This document shows positions 23,479 through 36,885 of a DNA stretch of 64,000 nt, one piece after another. A model generated the notes under the pieces. It was not told where the DNA came from and searched no databases. It worked only from the letters and a program-made list of their open reading frames with translations. Position 1 is the stretch's first letter; each line of letters begins with the position of its first letter. The stretch comes from Vitrella brassicaformis CCMP3155 (lineage: Eukaryota; Protista; Chromerida): NCBI GenBank assembly GCA_001179505.1, contig CDMY01000341.1, positions 1 to 64,000 of the forward strand, written 5' to 3'. The position numbers were made by a program, and so were the translations under genes.

Positions 23479-26015
23479 TTAGTTGCCGAGCCCCCGCTCC
23501 AGTAGTCTCGTGATAGCCGCGTTCACGTCGCCGCCCACCTCCTGCAGCGCCTGGATGTTGGCCTGACACACACACGCACAAGTACAATCTGCAGATGTCC
23601 ACCTCTAGGCACCGCAGTGATCAACTTACGTCTGTGTCGATGAAACCCATCTCCTGGAGCTGCGCCAGCTGAGTGCTGAACCTGGCACACACACACACAC
23701 ACACGTGTGGCCGGACGGACGGAAGGAGTGTGTGCCGTGTCGTGTCCTCAATTACTCAGCCACCTCACCTCTCTTCTGGCGGTCGTGTGTCGGCCGCCGC
23801 GCCCAGCCCCGCCATGCCAGCGCCGCCCATACCTCCTAAACAGACAGATAGACACACACACGGACACACAGATGGTCCATGAACGTGTGTCTTTGCGTAT
23901 GTGTGTGTGTCTTACCCATGAGTTGCTGCAGGAGTGCCATGTTGGCAGGGTCCGCCCCCATGCCACCCCCCATGCCACCCATCATGCCGGCCGCAGGGTT
24001 GGGCGCACCGCCACCCTGCCCACCCACGGCTGCCGTACCAACGCCACCTGCACCTGCACCAGGGCCGCCGCCCAGCGCCGGGTTCCCGCCCTCTGACGTG
24101 ACACAACAACACGGAGGCACACCACACCAAACCAGAGAGAGATCGTGTGTGTGTGTGTGTGTGTGTTGGGTAGGGTAGAGGCAGGAGAGCTTAGCTTACG
24201 TATGTTGCGTTGCAGCGTCTGCATGGCCTGGTCCATCTGTGCGATGGCCTGCAGGTTCTGCGGGTTCATCATCTGCGCCAGCAACTGGGGGTTGTCCATC
24301 ATCTGCTGCATCATGGGGTTCTGCGCCTGAAGGAGTGAGTGAGAAACACACAGACAGTTGTGTCCGACGCGTCGGGGTGTGTGTGTGTGTGTGGTCATAG
24401 GTACCGTCATTTGTGTGAACATGGGGTTGTTTTGGAGGATGGCCCTGAGCATCTCCGGGTTCTGCGACATCTGCTGCATCATCTGCTGGACCATCGGATT
24501 GTTGACCATCGCTGCACACACACGTCCAACACAGTCGACCATACCGTCCACACAGACATGGACTCAACAGCAGGCCATCTCACCGACCTTGTAGCATTTC
24601 TGGGTTGAGTCCGCCGGGGGGCATCCCGCCCATGCCGCCCATGCTGCCCATACCAGCCATAGGGTTCGCACCACCTAAACACACACACACACACCCACGT
24701 GTGGAGGTCAAGCAACCGGCCATCATTCATCTGTGTGTGCGTGCGGGTGCCATCTGTCCGTCCCCACTTACCTTGTCCACCGCCTGTGGTGCCACCTCCG
24801 CCTGCCCCCGGTGCGCCTGCTTGTGGGTTGGCCATGCCCTGCATCATCTGCTGCATCATCTGCTGCATCTGGGGGTTGTTCATCATGGCCCCAAAGTCCA
24901 TGCCGCCCTCCATCCCGCCCATCCCCATCCCGGGCATCCCACCCATACCCATACCCGGCGCACCACCCATGCCTGCAGAAGAAAATGTAATGGCCACAGA
25001 CCAGACCAACAGGAGTCAGGCAGGCTACTTTGATGCGGTCGGTGGCTGTGGACACACACACCTGTGGTGGGTGCCGGTGTGGTGGTGGTCGCTGGTGCAG
25101 TGCCCGCGGCTGGCGTCATTGTCGACGCACCTGCGAGCGAGCGATCAGGCAGACAGTAGTCACTGGTCGATGGTCGAAACCAGTGCAGTGTGTTTCTTTG
25201 TGTGTGGTTACCTCCTGCTGGTCCATCGGTGGGTGCGGCTGCCTGGGGAGCTGGGCCCTTGACCTGAGGGAGGCAGACAGACAGACACCACACACCGCAT
25301 CGATCACAGCAGAAGATGACACACATCGACTACACTACACCAGTTGGTGTTGCATCCCNNNNNNNNNNNNNNNNNNNNNNNNNNNNNNNNNNNNNNNNNN
25401 NNNNNNNNNNNNNNNNNNNNNNNNNNNNNNNNNNNNNNNNNNNNNNNNNNNNNNNNNNNNNNNNNNNNNNNNNNNNNNNNNNNNNNNNNNNNNNNNNNNN
25501 NNNNNNNNNNNNNNNNNNNNNNNNNNNNNNNNNNNNNNNNNNNNNNNNNNNNNNNNNNNNNNNNNNNNNNNNNNNNNNNNNNNNNNNNNNNNNNNNNNNN
25601 NNNNNNNNNNNNNNNNNNNNNNNNNNNNNNNNNNNNNNNNNNNNNNNNNNNNNNNNNNCCCCCCCCCCCCCCCCCCTGCCCCTCCCCTCTCCCACTGAGC
25701 ACTGACTGACTCACCAGGTGCATGGTGTGTCCGCTCTCCACTTTGTGGTCCGCCAACACATCATTATCCTTCAAAATCCGGCCTGAGTGATGAGATCCAC
25801 CACACACACACAGAGGGAGAGAGAGAGATCAGCATACACACAGGTCTGACGCCATCGGCTACCCTACCCTTGTAGATGAGTCTCTGTTGGTCTGGTGGGA
25901 AGCCGCACTTCTCCTCGGCGGCCGTCTTGACGTCGCGGATGGTCATGTCGGTCTTGAGGGTGAGCGAGAACTCGTCACCCCGAGACACCTTAAACTTCAC
26001 CTCTATCTCACTCAT
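23479..26015 (-). CDS. DSK2: Ubiquilin / Dsk2 (UBL-STI1-UBA); spans an assembly gap
   Basis: UBL: MSEIEVKFKV...CGFPPDQQRLIYKGRILKDNDVLADHKVESGHTMHLV. STI1 repeats: MVNNPMVQQMMQQMSQNPEML. UBA: QLAQLQEMGFIDT..NIQALQEVGGDVNAAITRLL. Confidence 0.92.
25359..25658. other. Assembly gap (300 N)
   Basis: Run of N, followed by a poly-C tract. Confidence 0.99.
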
Positions 26016-26341
26016 CGCACACACACGCTCCGACACACGCTAGCTACCGACGACCGAACCGACTGGCACACGCGCTGATCTGCCACCAAAACCAATGGCC
26101 GGCCTGCTGATTGACAGACGCAGACGAACACTCTGCCTGCGGCAAGTGTAGTCGTCAAAAGCGGGGGGAAATAGACCTCTTGCTTGTGCCCTTCTGCCGC
26201 TCTGTCCCCTCCTCAGCAGCTCAAACTGCGAGCTAAGAATCGCTTCAGCGACAGGAAGGAGGCCAAACGGGGAGAGCAACACGCGCAGAGGAGAACACTG
26301 CTCGTCACCTGTTGAAGATCCGCCTTGTGCGCATTCATTCC

Positions 26342-28364
26342 ATGGCACATCCGAGATCAGCAGCCATCTCCCACTCAGCAGCCTCAGGGACGGCACGGGA
26401 GCCGATCTGTCCACGAGCCGATGCACAAGACGCCGACGCCCCATGTGCGCCATCATCTCGTGCAGCATGCCCTCACCGACGACAGACAATCGCGTCGCGG
26501 TCTGTCTTGCCCCTTTCTGCCGTGTTTGTGGCTGTCGTGCTCGCTACCACCGCTCAGTTAGCCCACTGCATCGACAGGGGAGCCTTTCTGCGGCCATTTA
26601 CGGGCAGCATGACGACGCCTGCGCGGCGATTGGAGAGGATGCGGCAGCATCTGCACCCGGCGAGGCGGCCTTCTGATCTGTTGAGGACTCGGCTGTTGAT
26701 GGCTGACGATGAGGACGTGCAGACGGTGACCACGGACTCGGTGACCAAGGACTACTACAAGATCCTCGGGGTCGACAGGGGGGCATCCAAGAAAGAAATC
26801 ACCAAACGGTGCGTGCGCCATGCCGTCCGCCTGTGTCGCGTGTGGAACCATCTGTAGGTTTGTGTGTCCATGTGATGTGTGTCAGGTACAAGGATCTGCT
26901 GCGCGAGTTTCACCCCGACTTCGGCGGCGACAAGTACGTCATGATGGAGCTCAACGAGGCCTACGAGGTCCTCGCTGACGACGCCAGGCGAGAGGTCTAC
27001 GACCGCACCGGCCAGGCACCACCCTCCGCCGAGCAGCAGCAGCAACAGCAGCAGCAGCAGATGGCCGGACAGCCGACCGGCGGATGGCAGGAGATCGGAT
27101 TCAACGACATATTCGACACATTCTTTGGCGGCGGCATGGCCGGCGGTTAGCTTAGCGAGGCAAAGCCCCACCACGCAGAGATGCGCATCGCATCATCAAT
27201 GTGTGTTGTGTTGTCAGGTCGGCGTCGTCGGGCAGCGCGTCGCGGCAGTGATTTGAAGGTGGAGCTGGAGGTTGACTTCGCCACTGCCGTGTTTGGTGGG
27301 ACGGAGAAGGTGCGGCTCAAGCACGTGGAGACGTGTGAGGTCTGCATGGGGACCGGCGCCGCGCCCGGCACCAAACCTGTCGTATGCCCCACCTGCAACG
27401 GACAGGGCATGGTCTTCCAGGTCAGACGACAAATGCCCGGGGCGGAGGGGACTTGTCTGTCTGTCTGTCTTCTGTTGTGTGTGGGGTGTGCGGCGCGGCG
27501 CGTGTTGTGTGTGCAGGAGCAGCGGACCCCCGTTGGGTACATATCTACCGGATCGACGTGTCCCACTTGTGGCGGTGTGGGCGAGATCCTCGCGGACCCT
27601 TGCCCTGCGTGCAACGGACAGGGCCTCGTGCAGAGGACCAAACAGATTGACGTGAGCGAGCTGAGCGGACACATACAATACACACGATAGATACCGAGCG
27701 ACACACAGACAGACAGATGTATATATGCACGCTGATCTGATCCACCCCCCCGTCAGGTGGCTGTGCCGGCTGGTGTGGAGGAGGGCATGAAGCTGCGCAT
27801 CAAGGGGGAGGGCGACGCCGGCATGAACGGGGGCGAAGCGGGAGACCTGTAAGCAAACCATGCCATCCATCCATCCACTCGTGTGTGTGTCCGGCCCACC
27901 CATCAGGTTTGTGTTTGTCAAGGTGCGTCCGGACTCCCGCTTCACGCGCAAGGGGACGTCCATCTTTTCTGAGACCACCATCTCGTACACCGACGCCATC
28001 CTGGGCAAGACGGTCGATGTGGAGGTCATCGACGGCACCGAGCCCGTCAGGATCCCACCCGGCACACAGCCCGGCACCACCATCAAGGTCCCCGGCAAGG
28101 GCGCGCCAAAGGTCGGCATCCCCGACTTTCGCGGAGACCATTTCACCACCGTCAAGGTCGGCACGGCACGCCGTCTGTCCGTCTTTGTCTACCCTCTGGT
28201 GGATGGATGGATGGATGTCATCTCCGTGTGTGTGTTGTTAGGTGGAGATCCCCACGAGTGTGTCCGGTCGTGAGCGTGAGTTGATTGAGGAGCTGGACAG
28301 GCTGCGGCCGTCATCAGGGTCGCGCGAAGAGGGTGGGAGGGGCAAACGCTTTTTCGGATTGTGA
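26342..28364 (+). CDS. dnaJ: Type I DnaJ/Hsp40 (J domain, zinc finger, C-terminal domain), probably plastid-targeted
   Basis: DYYKILGV...[11 protein letters not shown] (HPD motif) and four CxxCxGxG repeats ([32 protein letters not shown]). C-domain: [20 protein letters not shown]...[20 protein letters not shown]. Hydrophobic segment [23 protein letters not shown] precedes GAFLRPF. Start codon uncertain. Confidence 0.92.
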
Positions 28365-29039
28365 CGATGGTGTCTGTCGGTGTGGGGGCGAGGCCCTCTC
28401 TCTAATCTGTCTGTCGGTCTCATTCATCCAGAAGAGTGCAACCAACGATTACAATGAGCGAGTGTGCCCACGCTTCACGTTTTATTTTATCGCCACCTAG
28501 CTTATGGTGTGGTGTTGGCTGGGCTGGCGGATGAGGTGAAGTGCGCACGTGTCACGTGTGTGTTGATGTGATGGTTGGAGAGGGAGAAGCGAGATTCTGA
28601 ATGCGTTTCTGCGTCGTCGTGACCTGAGTGAGCATTGCATTGCAGTGCCTGCGGTGGTGTATGCGTGTGTGTGGAGGGAGAGTCACTGCCGAGGGTTTAA
28701 GAGCCGGATGGACAGACAGACAGACAGACAGTGTGTGAGTGAGCCAACGTGCATCCATCAACGTGCCTGCCTGCCTGCCTGCCTGGATGGATGGATGGAT
28801 GTCCGGATACACACACGCAGTAGAGTCTCAAACCACACTGACTGACACTCTCAAGTGCAGCAGCAGGCAGCCAACCCACCATGAGACACACACACACGCG
28901 TGTTGTCACTTCCTCGTGCGCTCTTCCGTCCGCCCGCCGCCCTCCACCACACGTGTGTATTCTGATCTGCACACACACACAGACACTGACACACCTCAGA
29001 CATCCCACCCACCCACCCCTCCCTCATCTGTGTGCATCT

Positions 29040-31864
29040 GACGTACGTCGTCCTGCTGCACACGAGAAGAGGCCGCCAATGCCTGACGGAGCGGGCGGCG
29101 GTGGGGGTGGAGGGTGCGATGGTGGGCCAGGGGAGGCTTGGTCGTCACACGCACCGGGGTGGATGAGGCAGACGCACAGGTGGCACGATGGAAGTCACGA
29201 ATTGACGGCACCTGAAAGATACAGAGACAGAAAGTGTGCGCGTGTGCTTGTACGTGTGGGTAAGGGGGGGCCTTCGTTACGAAGTCAGGTCGTCGGCCTT
29301 CTCTTGGTGAGGTGTGGGGCGGTGTTGACGGCGCCTCGGAGCGGGGCTGGGCGAACAGCCTGCCGGACCAACCACCAATGACGCAGACAAAGTGGTGTCT
29401 CCCTCTCCCACTCAGTCGACATACCCGGTCATCATTTTGTGTTTGATGCCTGCGAGGAAGGATACGTCCGCCTGGCCCTGGCTGCTGCCGCCAGCACGGT
29501 CGTCCCGATGATGCTCCACCAACGTCCGACTGCACACACACAACACAAGCGAGGGAGAGCGAGCACGGCGTCATTTTGTGCGCCTCTCTCTCCCTCCCTC
29601 CCTCCCTCCCTCGCCCACAGACAAACACCTACTTGCCCCTCCTGTGCGCCGTCTTGAGCCCCTTCCTGATCAGCTCTAGCTTCTTCAACGTGTCGCGAGA
29701 TTGGTTCCAGCTGTTACATATCGAGGCAAGGGCAGCCACACCCACATCCGGATAGCCGTCAGCTCTGGGCGGTGTCGTGTCTTACTGACAAGGCGATTTG
29801 CACTTCATCGAACTGCGATGCGAGGATGTACAGGTCATCGATGTCGTCATCCCCCATCGCTGCTGCTGCTGGATTGGTGTCTGTGGGAAGAGACTCCATC
29901 TCGGTGAGCAACGAGCCCCTGAACGGACCGCCAGACGATTGTAGAAGCATGCAGCGAGTGTTCCTCTTTCCCCTTCCCTCTCCCTTGGTACGTGAAGTCA
30001 TTGGACAGTGCCGATTGGAACGAGTCCACTTTGCGGCGCAGCTCGTCCACCGTGCCCAAAATACTGAGACAACACACCAAGATATGGGTCTTAAGACATG
30101 TGGGCTATCTGCGGGGGAGGTGAGGTTTGTGTTGTGTGGGCTGTTCTGTACTCGTGTGTGTGTAGTTCGGTGACGTTGGACTTGAGGGAGTCGACCTGTG
30201 TCTTGAGGCTGGCCATGGCACCATTCAGGTACCTGTGTGGGCGAGAAAGAAGATGTTCAGAGAAAACCCTCCCTCGTCATGTGCTGGGCTGTGCTCACTC
30301 GGTCATGTTGATCCACTCGATCTGCATCTTGTCCACCATAGAACGGTACTTGTCCGTCAACTTACGCTCCAAATGCCTGCAGGCAGGGCAGACACAGAGG
30401 TTGGGGAGACAAACACAAACAACACCTCCGTGTGTCCGCCCTTGTTTGCTGGTGTGTACGCGTTGCATACTTGAACTGCTCGGCGGTGATGGTCCTGAGT
30501 TTGTCGTCTGTCTTTCTGACGTACTCTTTCACCGTCTCCTCCATCTCGCTCACCTTGGCCTCCACCTTACACCCGCACACATGACGGACGGGTCGATCAA
30601 CAGAGGCGCGCCTGGTGGTCGTGGCCTGCAATGCTCACCGCATCTCCTCGATGGCTTTGGAGCATTTGTCCTCAACCGCACTCTCCCCTTGGTCTGTCTG
30701 AATCCATGGGGTGGCGGCTGCAGCGGCAGCGGCCGCAGGGCCGTCTTGTGTGTCGTTGTCTCCCTCTGGTGCTTGCTGCAGATAGAGGATTGAGGCACAC
30801 ACAGCCTCCCTCTTTGTCTGTATCAAGTCGACTCCTCCACACACACCCACCGTGGATTCGCCCCCCTCCGTAGACAAGTGTGTGCGGCGCTGTGGCGTGG
30901 TCGAATCAATGTCTCTGGGGACACACCAGTGGAAAGATGGATGGGATGCCTGCACACCAGGGGACGGGGATGCGTGTGTGCAGACCTGTTGATGGCCTTG
31001 CTGTCACTGCCGTCCTCGTTCCCCTCGACTGCCCGCAGCCTGTCGTCGAACGCCGTGAGCATCTCACGGAGCAGCTTGTTCTCCTCCACAATGTGCAGAT
31101 TGGCCGCGCACATCCGACTGACATGCACACACAGGTGGAGAGACCAATGGATGGATGGAAGGCCACGCGGATCTTGGTGTGTCTCCCCACCTGTTGGCTT
31201 CCACGAGGTCCTTCTGGGCATTTCTCAGCAGAGTCACCTGCGTCTCTGAGCCGCTTGTGCTGTCGATTGGCCTCGCCCAGTGCCTCCTGCAGCTCATGGT
31301 CGATCAGAGCCAACACATCCTCCTCTTTCACTCCCCGCCTGCAGTACACGTGCATAGGACATCCACGATGGTGTGTCTGTCGTGTTGTGGTGTGTTCTGG
31401 TGGGGGTGTGTTGGTGTACTGTACGCTTCTGCCTCCTGCTCGCGCAGACGGTCGTTGAATGTCTCGCCGAGCTGACGCAGAAACAGATGCTCACGCTGCG
31501 TGTCAATCCTGACAGAGAGAGGAGAGAGGAGGGCCAATGAGGTGTCCTGTGAGTTGTCTGTCAGTGTCTGCGACTTACTGAAACCGTTCGAAGTTGTTGG
31601 ACTGGTGCTTCAACTCGGCGTCCATCGCCCTCTGCAAAGGACACACACAAGGGAAGCCGTCTCCATTCATCGACGTGCTGCCAGATCTCGGGGTGGTCGC
31701 TGCACTAATTGCAGTGTTGGTGGCACTGCGAATCTTACGTGTTTGAGTGAGAGCTCCTGGACCTGCTCGCTCATCCCCGCGATGGTCTGCTGGATTGCCG
31801 CATCCTTGGCCTGCAAAGCCAGGCGGCCGTGGGTGGAGAACCCCCTCCAATTCGACACCTTCAT
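29040..31864 (-). CDS. Unknown coiled-coil protein, multi-exon
   Basis: Successive heptad-like exons (LQAKDAAIQQTIAGMSEQVQELSLK; LIDHELQEALGEANRQHKRL; VEENKLLREMLTAFDDRLRAVE; VSEMEETVKEYVRKTDDKL) bounded by microsatellite introns. Ends approximate. Confidence 0.6.
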
Positions 31865-32068
31865 GGTCACAGCGCAATTGCTGCGGAATCTCTGCCCGCT
31901 GACAAGACTCTGAGCAACAGCGGCTGATTTTGTCTCTCTTGGCGTGAGATTCCCGATATCGAATGGGCAACTTAATTGAGACTGGCCCCCACAACAGAAA
32001 CGATGGCTCAGCCCCCATCGCTGATCATTCATTCATGCGATGCATCAGTCCAGCCTTGCATGCATCAT

Positions 32069-34425
32069 TCAGTCCCTCATGCCCTGCCCCTCGCTGCCCT
32101 CCTCCGCCTCATCCTCCTCCCGGAACACAGGCACCTCAGGCAGATGTGCCATACCCATCATGCGACCACCACCACCACCGCCACTGGCAGGCGGCACATG
32201 ATTGGCCATCACGTGCCCGCCCCCGCCATTGACCATCCCCCCACTCGGCACAAACCTGGGCGGGTCGGCTGGGATGGGGACAGGCCCGCCGAAGGACGGC
32301 GGCAGGAAGCCGCCCGGGGGGACGATGCCGTTGATGGAGGGCGGCGGCGCTGGCCGCGGTGGGAGGCTTCCGAAGGACCTGAAGCGCATCTCGGTGTCGG
32401 ATGGGCGGGGGGTGGACCAGATCTGGGTGAGTGGCTCCAGGTAGGAGAGGGACCCGCGGTGCTGCTCGTCGTGGGAGCCCTTCAAGGCAACGCCGATGAA
32501 GTAATGACCCTGCAAACACAACAGAACAGAACCAGCGTCATGTCATGGGTGGATGCCTGCTGTGTGCTTGCTGTGCGCTGACTGACGCACACACCGCACC
32601 TGTATGAGTCTCCACTCCTCGAGTTCGTCGAATATTTCGAGCCGCTGGATGCGGGCGATCTCGGCACCGTCCAGGTGCAGGTCGTACACGTCATTCATGT
32701 CGGCCGCCTCACACCGAGTGAACCCCAAACTCACATACCTACACACACACACAACCAACACAAACCACGTTGGTTGCGTTGCGCTGAGTTTGTCGGTCTG
32801 TATGTCTTTTCTGCCGCCGTGCGCGCGTGTGTGTGCGTGTGTGTGTGTGTGGCCTCACCTCTGCCTTTGCGAGTCGAGTGTTGGGTACTCGTGGATGCCG
32901 AGCAGCGGACACCCCCTGGCCTGATCGATGCCACGTACCCATCCATCCCGTCCATCACACCAGCAGAGGCAAGCTGTGGTTTGGTGCCTTCCTCATTCGC
33001 CCGCTACCTGGAGATTTCGGACCATCGTGCGGCCAAATGCATCGTGAGGCAGGATCTGCACACGAACGAGATGCCAAACACGTGAATAAGGCGAATAGCG
33101 CCACGTCACATGGACTGACTAACCTGCTCGTAGACGACGAAGGCGCTGGGAGCCTTAGATACCGCATTCGCCGCCCAACGGATGATCTGACCAGAGAGAG
33201 GAATGATCACGTGGAGCTGCAGCACCATCGATGGTGCTTCACTGAGCTATTGCGCCCCCTTCCCTTGGTGGGTTGGGCACCGACCGCATCTGAGTGCAGG
33301 GGCTGCATGTACACGAGCACACACTCGGCCAACCACAGTGTCGGCAAACTGCTCAGACACAACATCCAACACAGACAAACAGGGCGGGTGCGGTGCGTCT
33401 AATGGTGTCAGCCAGCAAGGATGCGGTGTGCTGCCTGCCTGTTGACCGACTCACTCACTCGTCCTGGAATCCAGCCTGCACGAGCTGCCTCTCAAACTCG
33501 TCGACTTGCCGCATATCGGCCGCCACCATCCGCAGAGGCTCAGACCGCAGCGCACCGCCAGGGACCTGCACAATGTCTTCACGGTTGCGCGCCATGGCCT
33601 TCCAACAGGGCTCCTTCCTGACACAGCCAACACATCCGAGGGCGTGCGCCGCATCATGTGTGTGTGTGTGTGTGTGAAGAAGTGTGCTTGCCTCAGTATG
33701 GTGTGGGCCTTCCTCTGAATGACCTCTGGGAAGTCACACTCGAAACACACCACTGACTGGGGCTTGTCCTGATGTCCACACACACACACAAACGGCTGAT
33801 CGGCGCACGGTGCAGGGGTCCCATTCCTTCTCATTTTTCACTTACGTTGACGTAGAAGAAGGTCGTGTCCATCCCAGAGCCTGCAGACACACAGGAGACC
33901 ATCGCAGCCGTGACGACAACACTCTGATGGTCAACACAAACACACTGCCCACCAAGATTGACGATCTGTGCAGTGGTGCCCTGCACACACACACCCGCAG
34001 TCAATGTCTGCCTGTCCATCTGCATGTCGTTGCCCGCGTGTCGTGCCTGTGGTATGCAGCTGAGGAAGCCGTCGATGGCCTTGCGAATGCCCGCCACTCG
34101 AGCATAGTAGCCCCTGTTGATGAGTGGGGACCTCCGGGTAACGCGCCGGACAAAGTGCTCCAGATAATCATCCCGGAAGTATCCCATGCGGACGGCAGAT
34201 CTGCAGCCGACAAACACGTCAACACACACACACACACACACGGTGAGAGAGAACAAAGGGGCGGACGTCAGTCATCATTCCGTTTCGACGAGTGCGTCCA
34301 GTTAACTGCTCTCCCTCTGATCCTCCCTCTCACAGTTTGCTGCTGGCGGCATCTTCGGTGGTGTTCTGCACGGCCGCATCGCCGCTCATCGAGAAGTTGC
34401 CCACAGGAGCCTCGTCATCAATCAT
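32069..34425 (-). CDS. LCMT1: Leucine carboxyl methyltransferase 1 (PP2A methyltransferase, PPM1-like), multi-exon
   Basis: VQNTTEDAASSKLSAVRMGYFRDDYL...RRSPLINRGYYARV, QIVNLG.GMDT, FECDFPEV, TLWLAECVLVYM, FVVYEQILPHDAFGRTMVRNLQARGCPL, IQRLEIFDELEEWRLIQGHY. Confidence 0.93.
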
Positions 34426-34701
34426 GGGCGCCAGAGATCTGTACCCCCTGGATGGATGGAAGAATGGCAAAATCCAACACTGCCGGGCGAAAGCGATGCG
34501 ACACGGCCGTGTGATAACGCTAAACACAAACACTGGAAAATTGCGCAGCTCGCGTCGGGAAGCTCACAAACCTCCCCCAGGCCGTCAGGCCGCTTAGGAC
34601 ATTGCGTGAAACCGCTCTCTCCCAGAATCGCGAACTCAGAAGGGCTCTTTCCCGTCCGTCTGTTCTTCTGCGTGATGGATCTTCAAGGCATTTGATGCGC
34701 C

Positions 34702-36025
34702 ATGGCCATTTCGTCCAGATTCCCGTCATCTCTCGCTCGTGTGCCGTCCCTTCCCATCCCCAGCCGCCCGCCAACCATTCGCAGGAGCCGCAGATTCGCG
34801 TCTGCAGCAATGGCAGCCAGTGCTGAGGGCCCACCTGTGGCAGCTGAAGCGGCTGCTCCGCCGGCGATATCTGTGCACAAGGGCTACAAGATCCAGGCGT
34901 CCCTGTGCGTTGACCGGCTGCCCATCGAGTACTCAGAGCCCAAGTACTGCAAAGAGTGGAGGGAATTTCGAGAAGAGTGGGAGGAACGCACCGGTGAGTC
35001 AGCGGGCGGACCGAGCCTTTGTTTGTCTGTGCGCTCATCTGTGTGTTGTGTGTGTTGTGTGACATCAGGCACCAAGATGTCCGTGCCGGACGAGGTGACG
35101 TTCATGAGCTACCCCTTTCAGTTCCTGCTGACCGAGGAGGAGCAGAGGAAGCGGCGGGTCCTGGTGGAGAAGACTGGCGACGAGACCATGTCAGAGCTCG
35201 AGTACCTGCTCTCACAGGCAAGTAACTAACACCGCCACCCCACACGCACCTGCAGGCAGTCAGGCAGGCATCATCGAGGCAGAGTGGACGACCCCCGTTG
35301 TCTGAATGACCGCAGGAAGGCCTGTCGCTCAGCGCCCAGGCGCCCCGCAAGAGGAAGGCCAAGACCAAGGCATTGGACGCCTCGGCTGACGAGGCGGCAC
35401 GTGCCCGTGAGCTGGCGAGGGCGACGGTGCGGTCGCTTGAGAGGGAAGGGCTGCGGCACGTGTATCTGGTGGTCAAGTATGGCAGCAAGTGGATGTTCCC
35501 TCTCACCGACAGACGGCCAAACGACACCATGAGAGATGTATGTATGTGAGGGAGTGAGTCACAGAGAGGGTCACATTGTTCGCTGCCCTCTCTCCACGTG
35601 TATGTTATGTGTGTTGGTTCATCCCTCTCCCTCTCTCTGTCAGACGTTGCGTCGTCTGTGCGCGGAGCAGCTGGGTGAAGGGTTCAGCCCCTGCTACGTG
35701 GGCAGGTGCCCCTTCACACACGACAAGCTCCACTACGGTCACGGCCAGCTGGGCATCTTGGGCAGGAAGGTACATATACAATGACAAACACCCATATTCA
35801 TGACATGACATTCACACAACATTGCCCCTCATTGCGTGTGTGCGTGTGTGGCGTGGTGTGCAGGTGTTTTACTACCGCGGCTATCACGTGCCCGGGACGC
35901 CCAACGTGCAGCCGCCCCGCGACGGCCCCGTGGCCGACTACGCGTGGCTGACGAGGTCGGAGCTGCCCAAGTACCTGTCGGAGCACAAGATGTATGTGGC
36001 GCACCCTGGGCTGCCACTGGACTGA
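34702..36025 (+). CDS. MRPL46: Mitochondrial ribosomal protein mL46-like, multi-exon
   Basis: R/S-rich presequence MAISSRFPSSLARV..., then GYKIQASLCVDRLPI...WREFREEW, TEADE...RSLER..LYLVVKYGSKWMFP, TLRRLCAEQLG, KVFYYRG and DYAWLTRSELPKYL. Confidence 0.8.
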
Positions 36026-36885
36026 CTGACCGACCAATCGACCGGGGGCCTTTCCCCAAGGTGTGTGCTGTGTGCAGCCAGCCCGCTGTTTGTGTTTAGC
36101 GGTACTGCTCGAAGGCATCGTGACAGAGACGATGAAGTGTCTGTCATTACACCTTCTAGCAGCCCGTCTGAACACAGAGAGTGGCGTGGCGCGCTGAGAA
36201 AAAATGTGTATGGCCAAGAAACCCTAACACTTGGACTGATGGACGTGTCCCGTCTCTATGTGAGTGTGAGAATGTTTGTGCGTTTGGAGTGAGTGGGTTG
36301 GTGCGTCGTGTCGGCAAGCAAGGCCTAGGCGGGTGGGGGTGGTTAATGCAGAGAGTGGTGTCGTTAGTTAGGCCTTTGTCGTCGTTAGCTGTGAGCCAGA
36401 GGAGACACATCGACCGACTGACTTCATTCGTCACAAATTGGTCTTCCTCACAACGCACTCACTGTGCCGGCACACACTGCCAGCCATTCGAATTCATCTG
36501 CGTATGCCTCATCTAGTCGCTCGACTATCAGGCGACTATCAGGCGACAGGCATTGCAATCATTGCTGTAAAGAACAATCGGAGATCCGAAGGGTTCACGT
36601 GCTCAGACAGACTTGAGATGCTCGAATGCGCCAGAGACAGAGACAGAGACACTGAGCTGATCCGTCCGATCTCAGGCAGTGCAGGAATAATGCACACGCA
36701 GCACTACACCGGCGGATGGGGGGCAGACGTGTCCCTCCCTCCCTCACTCCGTAGCACGCAAACCATCACTACAAAACTCGTCTGATGGACGGAACGTTTT
36801 GTGATGCAAAACCCACGACAGTGAGGAATAGAGGCCGGGCCGGCCATTGTTTGCCGCTCATGTCGGCCGTGGTACGGTGCCATCC

